From Sphingomonadales bacterium (lineage in GTDB: Bacteria; Pseudomonadota; Alphaproteobacteria; Sphingomonadales; Sphingomonadaceae): 50,811 nucleotides of DNA. The stretch covers positions 1-50,811 of the forward strand of contig JANLSY010000185.1 in the NCBI GenBank assembly GCA_031362665.1. The letters run 5' to 3'. Both the position numbers and the translations under genes were made by a program. Each line of letters begins with the position of its first letter. Within the stretch, counting starts at the first letter, position 1. Under the pieces are notes generated by a model. It saw only the letters and a program-made list of their open reading frames with translations. It had not been told where the DNA came from and ran no database searches. Of the stretch, positions 18,351-28,744 are shown piece by piece.

Positions 18351-21300
18351 CGCACTTCCCCACCCCAGAGCATGAACGCCTCGCCCGCGATGGCATGTAT
18401 CATCCCGAATCCGAAGGCGATGCCTGCGGCGTTGGCCTAATCGCGGCGACCGACGGCAAGCCTTCGCGGCGGGTCGTTTCAGCCGGGATTGAAGCTCTGA
18501 AGGCCGTGTGGCATCGCGGCGCAGTGGATGCCGATGGCAAGACAGGCGACGGCGCGGGACTGCACATCGATCTGCCCGTGCGTTTCTTTGACGATGCGAT
18601 TTCGGATAGCGGCCACCGGCCAATGCCGAACCGGCTGGCAGTTGGGATGGTGTTCTTGCCTCGCACCGATCTGAGCGCGCAGGAAAATTGCCGGACTATT
18701 GTCGAGGCGGAAATCATCGACGCTGGCTACACGATTTACGGCTGGCGCCAAGTTCCGGTCGATGTGTCGGTAATCGGAACGAAGGCGCAGGCAACGCGGC
18801 CAGAGATCGAGCAGATCATGATTGCCGGACCAATGCCCGACGAAGTCGATGCCACCGAGTTCGAGAAGAATCTCTACCTCATTCGCCGCCGGATCGAGAA
18901 GAAGATCATCGCCGCGCAAATCCGCGATTTTTACATTTGCTCGCTGTCGTGCCGGTCGATTGTTTACAAAGGTCTGTTCCTCGCCGAAAGTCTGTCGGTT
19001 TTCTACCCCGACCTGCAGGATGAACGGTTCGAAAGCCGCGTCGCGATTTTCCACCAGCGTTATTCGACCAACACTTTCCCGCAATGGTGGCTGGCCCAGC
19101 CCTTCCGCGGCCTCGCGCACAATGGCGAGATCAACACTATCCGCGGCAACCAGAACTGGATGAAAAGCCACGAGATCAAGATGGCAAGTATCGCCTTTGG
19201 CGCGCAGTCAGACGATATTAAGCCCGTGATTCCAGCCGGATCGTCTGACACGGCGGCACTCGATGCCGTGTTTGAGACGCTTGTGCGCTCGGGCAAGGAG
19301 GCACCGACCGCAAAGCTGATGCTGATCCCTGAAGCATGGCAGTCGAACCCCAACATTCCTGCCACCCACCGTGCGATGTATGAATATATGGCGTCGGTGA
19401 TGGAGCCGTGGGATGGGCCCGCCGCGCTCGCGATGACTGACGGAAATTGGGCAGTCGCGGGCGTCGACCGCAACGCGCTGCGTCCGCTGCGGTATAGCCG
19501 GACTACGGACAATCTGCTCGTCATCGGTTCCGAAACCGGAATGGTCGTTTTGCCCGAGTCGACGATATTGGAAAAGGGCCGCCTTGGCCCCGGACAGATG
19601 ATTGCGGTCAACCTCGAGGAGGGCAAGTTATACCGCGATGGCGAACTCAAGGACCGGATCTCCGCCGAGCAGGATTATGGTGCGCTAGTTAAAGGTTTCC
19701 GCGCAATCAGCGATCTGCCCGAGGCAGCAGGTGAGCCTCTGCCGGCATGGACTCGCGCCGAACTGACCAAGCGACAGATCGCCGCCGGCATGACGTTGGA
19801 AGATGTCGAGATGATCCTTGCGCCGATGATCGAGGACAGCAAGGAAGCCATCGGCTCGATGGGCGACGATACCCCGCTCGCCGTCATCAGCGACAAGCCT
19901 CGTCTGATCAGCCAGTTCTTCCGCCAGAATTTCAGTCAGGTCACCAACCCGCCAATCGACAGTTTGCGCGAACGGCATGTGATGAGCTTGAAGACGCGCT
20001 TCTCGAACCTTGCCAATATCTTGGAAGAAAAGAGCCAGAACGCCGACGTACTGGTGCTCGACAGTCCGGTCCTGACGGCGGCGGAGTGGCACAAGCTTAA
20101 GGCTGCGTTTGGTCCGGTTGCTGCCGAAATCGACTGCACCTATGACATATCGGAAGGGCAGGAAGGTTTGCGCGCGGCGATTTCCCGCATCCGCGAGGAG
20201 GCGGTTGAAGCGGTTCGGATGGGCAAGTCCGAACTTTTCCTTACCGATGAAAATATCGGCCCCGACCGCGTGGCAATTGCAATGATCCTTGCGGCTGCAG
20301 CCGTGCACACGCATCTCGTCCGCAATGGCTTACGCAGCTATTCTTCCATCAATGTTCGGTCCGCCGAGTGTCTCGATACCCATTATTTTGCAGTCCTAGT
20401 TGGTGTCGGCGCGACCACGGTCAACGGCTATCTTGCCGAGGCCTCGATTGCTGACCGCCATGTACGCGGCCTTTTAGGCGGGCTGTCGCTCGAACAAGGC
20501 GTTGCGAACTTCCGCACTGCGATCAACGAAGGCTTGCTCAAGATCATGTCCAAAATGGGCATCGCGGTCATCTCCAGCTATCGCGGCGGATATAACTTCG
20601 AAGCGGTTGGATTGAGCCGCGCGCTGGTTAACGATTTTTTCCCCGGCATGCCAAACAAGATTTCGGGTGAAGGCTACCACTCGCTGTACGTCAACGCCCG
20701 TGATCGCCACGCGGATGCGTTTGACAGCGCGGTTGCGCGCCTTCCCGTTGGCGGATTTTACAAGCAGCGCAACGGTGGCGAGGCGCACGCCTATTCGGCC
20801 GGCCTTATGCACCTGCTGCAAAGCGCGGTCGCCAATGACAGTTACTCGACCTACACGCAATTTGCGCAAGGCGTGAAGGAACTGCCGCCGATTTACTTGC
20901 GCGATCTGCTCGAATTCAACTTCGCCAAGGAACCTGTGGCGATTGACGAGGTCGAGGCGATTACCGAAATCCGCAAGCGTTTCGTAACGCCAGGTATGAG
21001 CCTTGGCGCACTTTCCCCAGAGGCGCATGAAACGCTTGCTATCGCTATAAACCGCATCGGTGCAAAGGCCGTTTCGGGCGAAGGCGGCGAGGACAGCAAA
21101 CGCTTCAAGCCTTATGAAAATGGTGACAACGCCAACAGCGTCATCAAACAGATAGCCTCGGGCCGCTTTGGCGTGACCGCTGAATATTTGGGTGCCTGCG
21201 AGGAAATAGAGATCAAGGTCGCGCAAGGTGCAAAGCCGGGAGAAGGCGGGCAGCTCCCTGGCTTCAAGGTCACCGAAATGATCGCACGCCTTCGGCATTC

Positions 21301-22870
21301 AACACCCGGCGTGATGCTGATCTCGCCGCCACCGCACCATGACATTTACTCGATCGAAGATCTGGCCCAGCTTATTTACGATTTGAAGCAGATCAACCCA
21401 CGCGCACGTGTTTGCGTGAAGCTGGTCAGCGCGGCAGGAATCGGTACGATTGCCGCTGGTGTCGCCAAAGCGCATGCCGACGTCATCCTAGTTTCGGGCA
21501 ATGTCGGCGGCACCGGGGCCTCGCCCCAAACGAGTATAAAATATGCCGGAACGCCTTGGGAAATGGGCCTGTCCGAAGCCAATCAGGTGCTCACGCTGAA
21601 CGGGCTGCGGCACCGCATAAAGCTGCGTACCGACGGCGGGCTGAAGACTGGACGCGACATCGTGATCGCAGCGATCCTTGGCGCGGAAGAATTCGGAATC
21701 GGGACGCTGAGCCTCGTTGCGATGGGCTGCATCATGGTGCGGCAGTGCCATTCCAATACATGCCCTGTTGGCGTCTGCACCCAAGACGACGAACTACGCA
21801 AAAAATTCGGTGGTTCGCCCGAGAAGGTGATCAACCTGATGACTTTCATCGCTGAAGAAGTGCGCGAGATTTTGGCGAAGCTTGGCTATCGCTCGCTTGA
21901 TGAAGTCATCGGCCGCACCGAACTGCTTCGTCAGGTAAGCCGGGGCGCTGAGCATCTCGATGATCTAGATTTGAACCCGATCCTTGCCAAGGTCGACGCA
22001 CCCGACGAAGCACGCCGGTTTTCGATCCCTACCTTCCGCAATGAAGTACCCGACAGCCTTGACGCGCAGATGATCCGTGATGCGATGCCGGTATTCGAAC
22101 GGCGTGAAAAAATGCAGCTCACCTATAATGTCCGCAATACGCACCGCGCGGTCGGGACACGGTTCAGTTCCGAGACTACCCGGCTTTACGGCATGAAGGG
22201 CTTGGCCGAAGGCCACGTCCATGTCCGTCTTCGCGGCTCGGCTGGGCAGTCACTGGGCGCATTTCTCTGCCAAGGCATTACGCTTGAAGTCTTCGGCGAT
22301 GCCAATGACTATGTCGGCAAGGGCCTTTCGGGCGGCACGATCATCGTACGCCCAACTGTGAGCTCGCCGCTCACCAGTCAGGACAACAGCATTATCGGCA
22401 ACACCGTTCTCTACGGCGCAACCTCAGGCAAACTGTTCGCCGCCGGTCAGGCAGGCGAGCGGTTCGCAGTGCGCAATTCGGGCGCGCATGTCGTTGTCGA
22501 AGGCTGCGGCTCAAACGGTCTCGAATATATGACTGGCGGGATTGCCGTCATCCTCGGCAAGATCGGAAGCAACTTCGGTGCCGGCATGACCGGCGGCATG
22601 GCTTTCATACTCGACCCTGACAACGAGTTCGCAAGCATGGCTAACCCTGACAATATAGTCTGGCAGCGGCTCGATAGCATGTATTGGGAAGAGCAACTAA
22701 AGGCTTTGGTCATGGCGCATGCGCATTCGACGGACAGCAAATGGTCGCATTCGATCATAGAGGACTGGGACCGTCGTCGCGGCGAATTCTGGCAGATTTG
22801 TCCGAAGGAAATGCTGACGCGATTAAGTCATCCGCTATCGGACGCGGAGGCACTTGAAGCCGCGGAATAA
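18347..22870 (+). CDS. gltB: Glutamate synthase large subunit
   Basis: DACGVG (Ntn Cys), HQRYSTNTFP, AQGAKPGEGGQLPG, CIMVRQCHSNTCP; ATG 18347 overlaps the gltD stop (ATGA). Confidence 0.98.
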   Translation: MTHFPTPEHERLARDGMYHPESEGDACGVGLIAATDGKPSRRVVSAGIEALKAVWHRGAVDADGKTGDGAGLHIDLPVRFFDDAISDSGHRPMPNRLAVGMVFLPRTDLSAQENCRTIVEAEIIDAGYTIYGWRQVPVDVSVIGTKAQATRPEIEQIMIAGPMPDEVDATEFEKNLYLIRRRIEKKIIAAQIRDFYICSLSCRSIVYKGLFLAESLSVFYPDLQDERFESRVAIFHQRYSTNTFPQWWLAQPFRGLAHNGEINTIRGNQNWMKSHEIKMASIAFGAQSDDIKPVIPAGSSDTAALDAVFETLVRSGKEAPTAKLMLIPEAWQSNPNIPATHRAMYEYMASVMEPWDGPAALAMTDGNWAVAGVDRNALRPLRYSRTTDNLLVIGSETGMVVLPESTILEKGRLGPGQMIAVNLEEGKLYRDGELKDRISAEQDYGALVKGFRAISDLPEAAGEPLPAWTRAELTKRQIAAGMTLEDVEMILAPMIEDSKEAIGSMGDDTPLAVISDKPRLISQFFRQNFSQVTNPPIDSLRERHVMSLKTRFSNLANILEEKSQNADVLVLDSPVLTAAEWHKLKAAFGPVAAEIDCTYDISEGQEGLRAAISRIREEAVEAVRMGKSELFLTDENIGPDRVAIAMILAAAAVHTHLVRNGLRSYSSINVRSAECLDTHYFAVLVGVGATTVNGYLAEASIADRHVRGLLGGLSLEQGVANFRTAINEGLLKIMSKMGIAVISSYRGGYNFEAVGLSRALVNDFFPGMPNKISGEGYHSLYVNARDRHADAFDSAVARLPVGGFYKQRNGGEAHAYSAGLMHLLQSAVANDSYSTYTQFAQGVKELPPIYLRDLLEFNFAKEPVAIDEVEAITEIRKRFVTPGMSLGALSPEAHETLAIAINRIGAKAVSGEGGEDSKRFKPYENGDNANSVIKQIASGRFGVTAEYLGACEEIEIKVAQGAKPGEGGQLPGFKVTEMIARLRHSTPGVMLISPPPHHDIYSIEDLAQLIYDLKQINPRARVCVKLVSAAGIGTIAAGVAKAHADVILVSGNVGGTGASPQTSIKYAGTPWEMGLSEANQVLTLNGLRHRIKLRTDGGLKTGRDIVIAAILGAEEFGIGTLSLVAMGCIMVRQCHSNTCPVGVCTQDDELRKKFGGSPEKVINLMTFIAEEVREILAKLGYRSLDEVIGRTELLRQVSRGAEHLDDLDLNPILAKVDAPDEARRFSIPTFRNEVPDSLDAQMIRDAMPVFERREKMQLTYNVRNTHRAVGTRFSSETTRLYGMKGLAEGHVHVRLRGSAGQSLGAFLCQGITLEVFGDANDYVGKGLSGGTIIVRPTVSSPLTSQDNSIIGNTVLYGATSGKLFAAGQAGERFAVRNSGAHVVVEGCGSNGLEYMTGGIAVILGKIGSNFGAGMTGGMAFILDPDNEFASMANPDNIVWQRLDSMYWEEQLKALVMAHAHSTDSKWSHSIIEDWDRRRGEFWQICPKEMLTRLSHPLSDAEALEAAE

Positions 22871-23017
22871 CGCTTCACCGCGTTTTACAAGCGTTTACCA
22901 TGCTTGCGGTAGGCTGAGCCTGTTGTTCAGCTTGCGCTAAGTCGTCTGCATCTAATAACTCTCGCAACGGCACCTTCGCCGCTACGCCTTCGATGGCGGT
23001 GAGTGAGGATGATTGCT

Positions 23018-23545
23018 ATGCGTTCCAGATATTTGCTCGTTGCGCTTCCACTGCTGGCAGTTTTTGCCACGCCGATCGCTGCACAGGATGTCGTTTTTGT
23101 TTCGGGTACCGGCGATCCATCTGCGATTGAGGCGTTTGATGATGATTTTTCGACTGCCGCCGACGAAGGCGATGCCGGTTTTGTCGAAATGACAGACAAG
23201 ATGTCCGATCCCGCAGTGCAGGAAGGCGTCGCTGCCGTTGTCGAACGCACCACTGCTACGATGATGAATTTACCCATCGGCCGCTTTGCCGAAGCGATCG
23301 AACGAACGCGTCCCGGTACGGTTAGCGGCCGAATCCGAAGCGATTCGACCATTGCCGACATTGCGGGCCGCGATGCGCGCTATCTGCCCGAAGAACTTGG
23401 CGAGCGCAGCCGCGAGGCGATGGGTATGATGAGCGGCTTTGCCCGCGCGATGACGATGATGATGCCTGAGTTCGAGCGCATGGGCCGTGAAATGGAAGAA
23501 AGTTTTCGTGCCGCAAAAGCGCAAGCACGCCGTAACAGAAATTAA
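23018..23545 (+). CDS. Secreted hypothetical protein (acidic, Met-rich helical)
   Basis: Signal peptide MRSRYLLVALPLLAVFATPIAAQ; no motif recognised; start uncertain (23003-23018). Confidence 0.75.
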   Translation: MRSRYLLVALPLLAVFATPIAAQDVVFVSGTGDPSAIEAFDDDFSTAADEGDAGFVEMTDKMSDPAVQEGVAAVVERTTATMMNLPIGRFAEAIERTRPGTVSGRIRSDSTIADIAGRDARYLPEELGERSREAMGMMSGFARAMTMMMPEFERMGREMEESFRAAKAQARRNRN

Positions 23546-23551
23546 CGAACG

Positions 23552-23683
23552 ACCGGCGGGGGCGTTTCGCCGGTAGTAAACCTCAGTTTCTGGGGTTCGT
23601 CGCGTCTCCCTCGGGTCGCACATCTTCGGATGAACGAGGGAAATGGGGCGGGGTGCGGGGTCGCGTCAAAACGGCCCTGCACC
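23552..23683 (+). ncRNA. Candidate structured RNA (four consecutive hairpins)
   Basis: Hairpins 23552-23574, 23579-23597, 23607-23641 (cUUCGg loop) and 23652-23683; G-U wobbles all favour the + strand; family not recognised. Confidence 0.5.
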
Positions 23684-23729
23684 ATCGCGTGATTGCAAAA
23701 CCGTGTTCGGGTTGCTTAAAGTGCCGGTC

Positions 23730-24770
23730 ATGGCCAACCCAACATCCGCACCCGTTACACCCCGGAATATCATGACCGAGTCCGTTGCCGACGCGCGGCT
23801 GACGCAAAACCGTGCGGACATATTGGCATTGATTGCCAAGGCCGACCATCGCCGCGATGCGGGCGATAACCGTGCTGCCAATGCCTATTATACCGCCGCC
23901 ATCAGACTGGCCGCAGCGTCACCTTCGGCCAATACCGAGACCAATAACGAGCTTGCGCGCGCACATGCTGCGGTGACGTGGCTCGGGGAGACGTTTAAAC
24001 AACATCTTCTAGTCGCACTGAACGACGCCGGGTATCCCCGCGCGAGACAACATCCGCGCTTCCGGCTGTCGCTCGATATGATGCTAGGCGAGGCCGAGCG
24101 ACCGCCCGAACGGCGCCAATACCCCCAATTGCCGCAAGTGCATTATTATCCGGGCACCGATTATCTGCAATTTGCCGTTGTTACTCAATATGACTGGGTT
24201 CCCGCGCTGGAGGCCCAATTCCCCGCGATGCGTCAAGAGGCGTTGGCGCTACTCGGCGACCATGCCGGTTTTACGCCCTATATGAAGGCCGATACCAAGC
24301 GGCCACAGGGCGACTTTCACGGGATGCTTGAGAATCCTGACTGGAGCACATTGTATCTTTGGCAAAATGGCGCAGCGGTCGAAGAAAATATTGAACGCTG
24401 TCCAACAATTTTCAAAGCCGTGATGGATCATGTACCGCTATGCTATATTGGCCCGCGTGCGCCGTCTGTGATGCTGTCATTGCTTCGTGCCGGAGCGAAA
24501 ATTCCGCCGCATACCGGAATGCTCAACAGCCGCCTGATTTGTCATTTGCCGTTGGTCGTTCCGCCAGGTTGTGGCTTTAGGGTCGGCAGCGAAACGATCG
24601 AGTGGACCGAAGGTAAGGTGATAGCATTTGATGACAGCGTCGAGCATGAAGCTTGGAACAACAGCATCTATGACCGGCTCGTTCTGATTTTCGATATCTG
24701 GCGGCCAGAATTGTCGACGGAAGAGCGGGAACAGGTGACCGCCATGTTCGCAGCGGTTGACAATTATTGA
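23730..24770 (+). CDS. Aspartyl/asparaginyl beta-hydroxylase family 2OG-Fe(II) oxygenase
   Basis: IPPHTGMLNSRLICHLPL..FDDSVEHEAWN..RLVLIFDIW; sigma70-like TTGCAA-N18-TAAAGT ends 7 nt before ATG 23730. Confidence 0.9.
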   Translation: MANPTSAPVTPRNIMTESVADARLTQNRADILALIAKADHRRDAGDNRAANAYYTAAIRLAAASPSANTETNNELARAHAAVTWLGETFKQHLLVALNDAGYPRARQHPRFRLSLDMMLGEAERPPERRQYPQLPQVHYYPGTDYLQFAVVTQYDWVPALEAQFPAMRQEALALLGDHAGFTPYMKADTKRPQGDFHGMLENPDWSTLYLWQNGAAVEENIERCPTIFKAVMDHVPLCYIGPRAPSVMLSLLRAGAKIPPHTGMLNSRLICHLPLVVPPGCGFRVGSETIEWTEGKVIAFDDSVEHEAWNNSIYDRLVLIFDIWRPELSTEEREQVTAMFAAVDNY

Positions 24771-24792
24771 ATTCACCGGCGGGAGAGTAAAA

Positions 24793-26550
24793 ATGATAAA
24801 AAGATATTTGATCAGCGCAGCCGCTATCTCATTGGCTACGGCCGGACCCGCCAATGCCAACGCCAACGATGATCTTAAGACATTGGTAAATGCTTTTTGG
24901 GCGGCCGTCCTGAAAGAACAGCCAATTTATGCCAGCGCGCTCGGCGTGGATACCTACGCCAGTGAGGTCGGCGATTACACACTCGCGGCACAGGACCGGC
25001 GGGCAAAAGACGCAGCCACGTTCCTAAAAAGGCTAGACGCCATTCCGGCAAACACTCTCGATGCCGCATCAAAAGTCGAGGCGGGAATATTGCGCCGTAC
25101 ACTCAATTCGACCATCGAAGGCAACCGTTTCGGCCAGCGCGCCATCAACTTCACGACCTATTCGAGCTGGCACCAGCAATTTGCCGGGATTGCCGAAAAC
25201 CTGCGGTTCCGGACCAAGGCCGATTTCGAAAACTACAACAAGCGCCTCACGCAATATGGACGCTTCAATGACGAGAATATCGAGGTCGCCAATGTGGCGA
25301 TCAAAGGCAAATATACGCAGCCTTGCGAGACGCTGACGGGCTTTGAGGGGACGGTGAGTGGGCTGATAACCGACAACGTCCGGAAATCACGCTTCATGGC
25401 ACCCTATCACCAGCCTCGACCCGAGAGCATAAGCGAAGCTGACTTCTTTGCGCTGGCTGGTGAAGCCGGGGCAACAATCGCGACAATCGTTCATCCGGCA
25501 CTGCAAAAGCAGCTTGCCTGGTACAAGGCGAGCTACAAGCCTGCCTGCGCCAAGGCGCCCGGCGTGTCGGCGCAACCCGGCGGTGACAAATATTACGCCT
25601 TCCGTGTGCGTGAGGAAACCACGACCGACCTGACGCCTGAACAAATTCATCAAATCGGTCTTAATGAAGTGGCACGAATCCGCGCGGAGATGGCAGAGGT
25701 CGCAACGAAGGCGGGCTACCCAAGCCGCGAAGCCTTTATCGAGCATCTGCGCACCGACCCGCAATATTATGCGAAGACGCCCGAGGAACTGATGGAGAAG
25801 GTTGCGCGGGTCAACAAGATCATCGACGGCAAGATGCCAACGCTCTTTGGCCGGTTGCCGCGATTGCCCTATGGCATTAAAGAAATCCCTGCTGAAACCG
25901 CCGAAGGGACGACGACCGCTTACTACAATCCGGGTTCGCCCGAAATCGGCCTGTCGGGCACCTATTTCGTCAACACTTCGAAGCTGAACCAGCGGCCTTT
26001 CTGGGAGATCCCTGCGCTGTCGGTGCATGAAGCAGTGCCAGGACATCACCATCAGATCGCACTACAGCAGGAACTTCCGCTTTCCGATTTCCGCAAATAT
26101 GGTGTGTTCTTTACCGCTTTTACCGAAGGCTGGGGGCTGTATTCGGAACGGCTAGGCATCGAGATGGGGCTATATGACACACCCGCAAAGGATATGGGGC
26201 GGCTGTCCTATGAAATGTGGCGCGCCTGCCGTCTTGTCGTCGATACCGGCATCCACGCCAAGGGCTGGTCGAAGCAACAGGCGATAGCTTTCATGACCGA
26301 CAACAGCGCCCTGTCCGCCGCCAATATCGAAGCCGAAGTCAATCGCTATATCAGCTGGCCGGGGCAGGCGCTGGCCTACAAATTGGGCGAACTCAAGATC
26401 CGTGAATTGCGCGCGATGGCGACCAAGGAACTGGGCGCGAAATTTGACCTCACAGCGTTCCACGATGTCGTGCTCGGCCAGGGGTCGGTGCCGCTTGATG
26501 TGCTAGAAGCGCAGGTCAAAGATTGGATTGCAGTCGAGAAGGTAAAGTAA
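24793..26550 (+). CDS. DUF885 family secreted metallopeptidase-like protein
   Basis: HEAVPGHHHQ, FTEGWGLYSE, RACRLVVDTGIH, PGQALAYKLGE; signal peptide. Confidence 0.92.
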   Translation: MIKRYLISAAAISLATAGPANANANDDLKTLVNAFWAAVLKEQPIYASALGVDTYASEVGDYTLAAQDRRAKDAATFLKRLDAIPANTLDAASKVEAGILRRTLNSTIEGNRFGQRAINFTTYSSWHQQFAGIAENLRFRTKADFENYNKRLTQYGRFNDENIEVANVAIKGKYTQPCETLTGFEGTVSGLITDNVRKSRFMAPYHQPRPESISEADFFALAGEAGATIATIVHPALQKQLAWYKASYKPACAKAPGVSAQPGGDKYYAFRVREETTTDLTPEQIHQIGLNEVARIRAEMAEVATKAGYPSREAFIEHLRTDPQYYAKTPEELMEKVARVNKIIDGKMPTLFGRLPRLPYGIKEIPAETAEGTTTAYYNPGSPEIGLSGTYFVNTSKLNQRPFWEIPALSVHEAVPGHHHQIALQQELPLSDFRKYGVFFTAFTEGWGLYSERLGIEMGLYDTPAKDMGRLSYEMWRACRLVVDTGIHAKGWSKQQAIAFMTDNSALSAANIEAEVNRYISWPGQALAYKLGELKIRELRAMATKELGAKFDLTAFHDVVLGQGSVPLDVLEAQVKDWIAVEKVK

Positions 26551-26565
26551 CAACAATGTCACCAT
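26545..26565 (+). promoter_or_regulatory. Possible Pho box
   Basis: GTAAC (26547) and GTCAC (26558) repeat with 11-bp period just upstream of alkaline phosphatase. Confidence 0.4.
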
Positions 26566-26604
26566 CGTCTGCGACGCAGCACGATACTGAATTCGGAGAT
26601 AATA

Positions 26605-28089
26605 ATGCGTAACCTTTCGTTCCTGCTTGCTTCATGCCTGATTGCCGCCCCTGCCATAGCGCAGCCGGCGAAACCGCCCGTAAACACCAGCGACGGCTAT
26701 CTCAAGGCCGGACAGACAGAGCTGAAACGTCTGATCGCAGACAAGCCCAACAACCGCAAGGCGCGCAACGTTATCATCTTCATCGGCGACGGTATGGGGG
26801 TCAGCACGCTGACTGCAGCACGCATTTTCGAGGGGCAGCAGCAGGGCTTGGACGGCGAATCCTATGTCGCGCAAATGGACCGCCTGCCCTATACCGCTCT
26901 AGTCAAAACCTATTCGCACGACACGCAAGTTGCCGACAGCGCGCCGACCGCCACTGCACTGGTCGCCGGTGTGAAAACGAAGAACGGCGTGATCGGCGTC
27001 GGACCCGAGGCGACCGAGAATGACTGCGCCGCGACCGCACCCTATAAAGTGCAATCGCTGTTCGAGCTTGCCGAGGACAAGGGCTATGCCACCGGCGTCG
27101 TCTCAACCGCAACGATCACACACGCCACGCCCGCGTCGACCTATGCCCATGTCGCCCAACGCGACTGGGAGGTTGACAGCAACATGCCCGATGCTGCGAA
27201 GGCCGCAGGCTGCACCGACATTGCTCGGCAGATGATCGAATGGCCGCATGGCAACGGGCTTGAAGTCATGCTCGGCGGCGGGCGTCAGCATTTCTTCCCG
27301 TCCAGCACAACCGATTCTGAATATCCGGCAGCCAAAGGCAAGCGCGCCGATGGCAAGGATTTAACCGCGATTTGGAAAGCAGCCAATCCGGAAGGCCAAT
27401 ATGTCTGGAACGCCGAAGGTTTTGCTGCAGTCGACGCCAAAAAGACATCCAAGCTACTCGGGCTGTTCGAACCGTCGCATATGCAGTTCGAGGCGGACCG
27501 AACGGCGGCGGGCGGCAAGGAGCCATCGCTTGCCGAGATGACGACTAAGGCCATCGCAATGCTGTCGAAAAACCGCAAAGGCTATGTACTGATGGTCGAG
27601 GCAGGCCGTATCGACCACGCTCACCACGGCGGCAATGCCCGCCGCGCGCTTCAGGATACTGTCGCGCTGAATCAAGCGCTCAAAGCGGCGATTGACAGCG
27701 TTGACCTAAAAGACACGCTGATCATCGTTACCTCTGACCATAGCCACACGTTCACGATGTCGGGCTATCCCGATCGCGGCAATCCGATTTTGGGCGTCGT
27801 TGCAAGCCCCATCGGCACACCGACGCTGGCTAAGGACGGCAAGGCTTACACCACGCTCGGCTATGCCAATGGTCCCGGCGCAGTCACTGCGACCGAACGG
27901 CCCGATCCGGCCAAGGAAGACACCGGCGCGCTGAATTACCGGCAGCAGTCTCTGGTCGGCCTTTCGAGTGAAACGCATGGCGGCGACGACGTCGTCGCCC
28001 GCGCTACAGGGCCAAAGGCGTATCTGTTCAAGGGCACGATCGAGCAGAACACGATCTTTCACATTATGAGAGCTGCTTTGGGCTTTTAG
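26605..28089 (+). CDS. phoA: Alkaline phosphatase (PhoA family)
   Basis: IFIGDGMG, DSAPTAT (catalytic Ser), THATPA, VEAGRIDHAHH, TSDHSH, HGGDDV. Confidence 0.94.
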   Translation: MRNLSFLLASCLIAAPAIAQPAKPPVNTSDGYLKAGQTELKRLIADKPNNRKARNVIIFIGDGMGVSTLTAARIFEGQQQGLDGESYVAQMDRLPYTALVKTYSHDTQVADSAPTATALVAGVKTKNGVIGVGPEATENDCAATAPYKVQSLFELAEDKGYATGVVSTATITHATPASTYAHVAQRDWEVDSNMPDAAKAAGCTDIARQMIEWPHGNGLEVMLGGGRQHFFPSSTTDSEYPAAKGKRADGKDLTAIWKAANPEGQYVWNAEGFAAVDAKKTSKLLGLFEPSHMQFEADRTAAGGKEPSLAEMTTKAIAMLSKNRKGYVLMVEAGRIDHAHHGGNARRALQDTVALNQALKAAIDSVDLKDTLIIVTSDHSHTFTMSGYPDRGNPILGVVASPIGTPTLAKDGKAYTTLGYANGPGAVTATERPDPAKEDTGALNYRQQSLVGLSSETHGGDDVVARATGPKAYLFKGTIEQNTIFHIMRAALGF

Positions 28090-28683
28090 TTATTTGGGCT
28101 CCGGCAACGGCTCAGTGTCGGGCGAGTTCGCAGCGGCGGCTTCCTTGGCATCCATTTCTGCCTGCAATTTCGCCTCGCGTTCGGCACGGCCCTGTTCGAA
28201 TTCGGTGACTCGCGCTTCGACTTCGGCGGCCTCGGCATCTATTCCTGCCATACGCTTGGCGCGCTCGGCGGCGATCAGGCGGCCGAAGGTGATGCCGGGG
28301 TCCTGAGCCTTTTCGGCATAGGCCTTGTCGATTTCCTTCAGGCCACAGCCGGTGAAGCCGCCAGCACCCGATGGCGAGCAGCTCATCGTGCCGCTGGCAC
28401 CCACATATTCATAAGCTTTGATCCGCTCCGATGTCGCCTGATTGCGTGGGTCGTTAGGGTCGCCGCGCAAACTGGACGGGATGCGATAGCGCGCGGCCTC
28501 GTCCATCCGCGCGCACACAACGATTTCATCGCCCTGGCTCTGCGGGCATTCATCATCGCCGTAGATAATCAGCTGGTTGATTTTCTCGTCGCCGACCTGG
28601 CTGACCGGGACATCTTGCGCCATTGCAGGAGCCGTAAGCGCGAGTACGGTGGCGGCGAGCAGAATTTTCGACAATGCAGTCAC
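28090..28683 (-). CDS. Secreted hypothetical protein with Cys pairs
   Basis: Signal peptide; YGDDECP..EIVVCAR..SCSPSGAGGFTGC; GTG 28683 after GGGAGA. Confidence 0.8.
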   Translation of the reverse strand: MTALSKILLAATVLALTAPAMAQDVPVSQVGDEKINQLIIYGDDECPQSQGDEIVVCARMDEAARYRIPSSLRGDPNDPRNQATSERIKAYEYVGASGTMSCSPSGAGGFTGCGLKEIDKAYAEKAQDPGITFGRLIAAERAKRMAGIDAEAAEVEARVTEFEQGRAEREAKLQAEMDAKEAAAANSPDTEPLPEPK

Positions 28684-28744
28684 TTGGGTTTCTCCCGGAA
28701 ATTTCATGTTTAATCGGCGTTGTTAGCTGAACAACCGATGAAAG

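Noticed and set aside
23552-23683. Hammerhead ribozyme, SRP RNA or tRNA identity for the hairpin cluster
   Set aside because: No CUGANGA/GAAA core, no SRP domain IV motif and no cloverleaf or T-loop; left unassigned.
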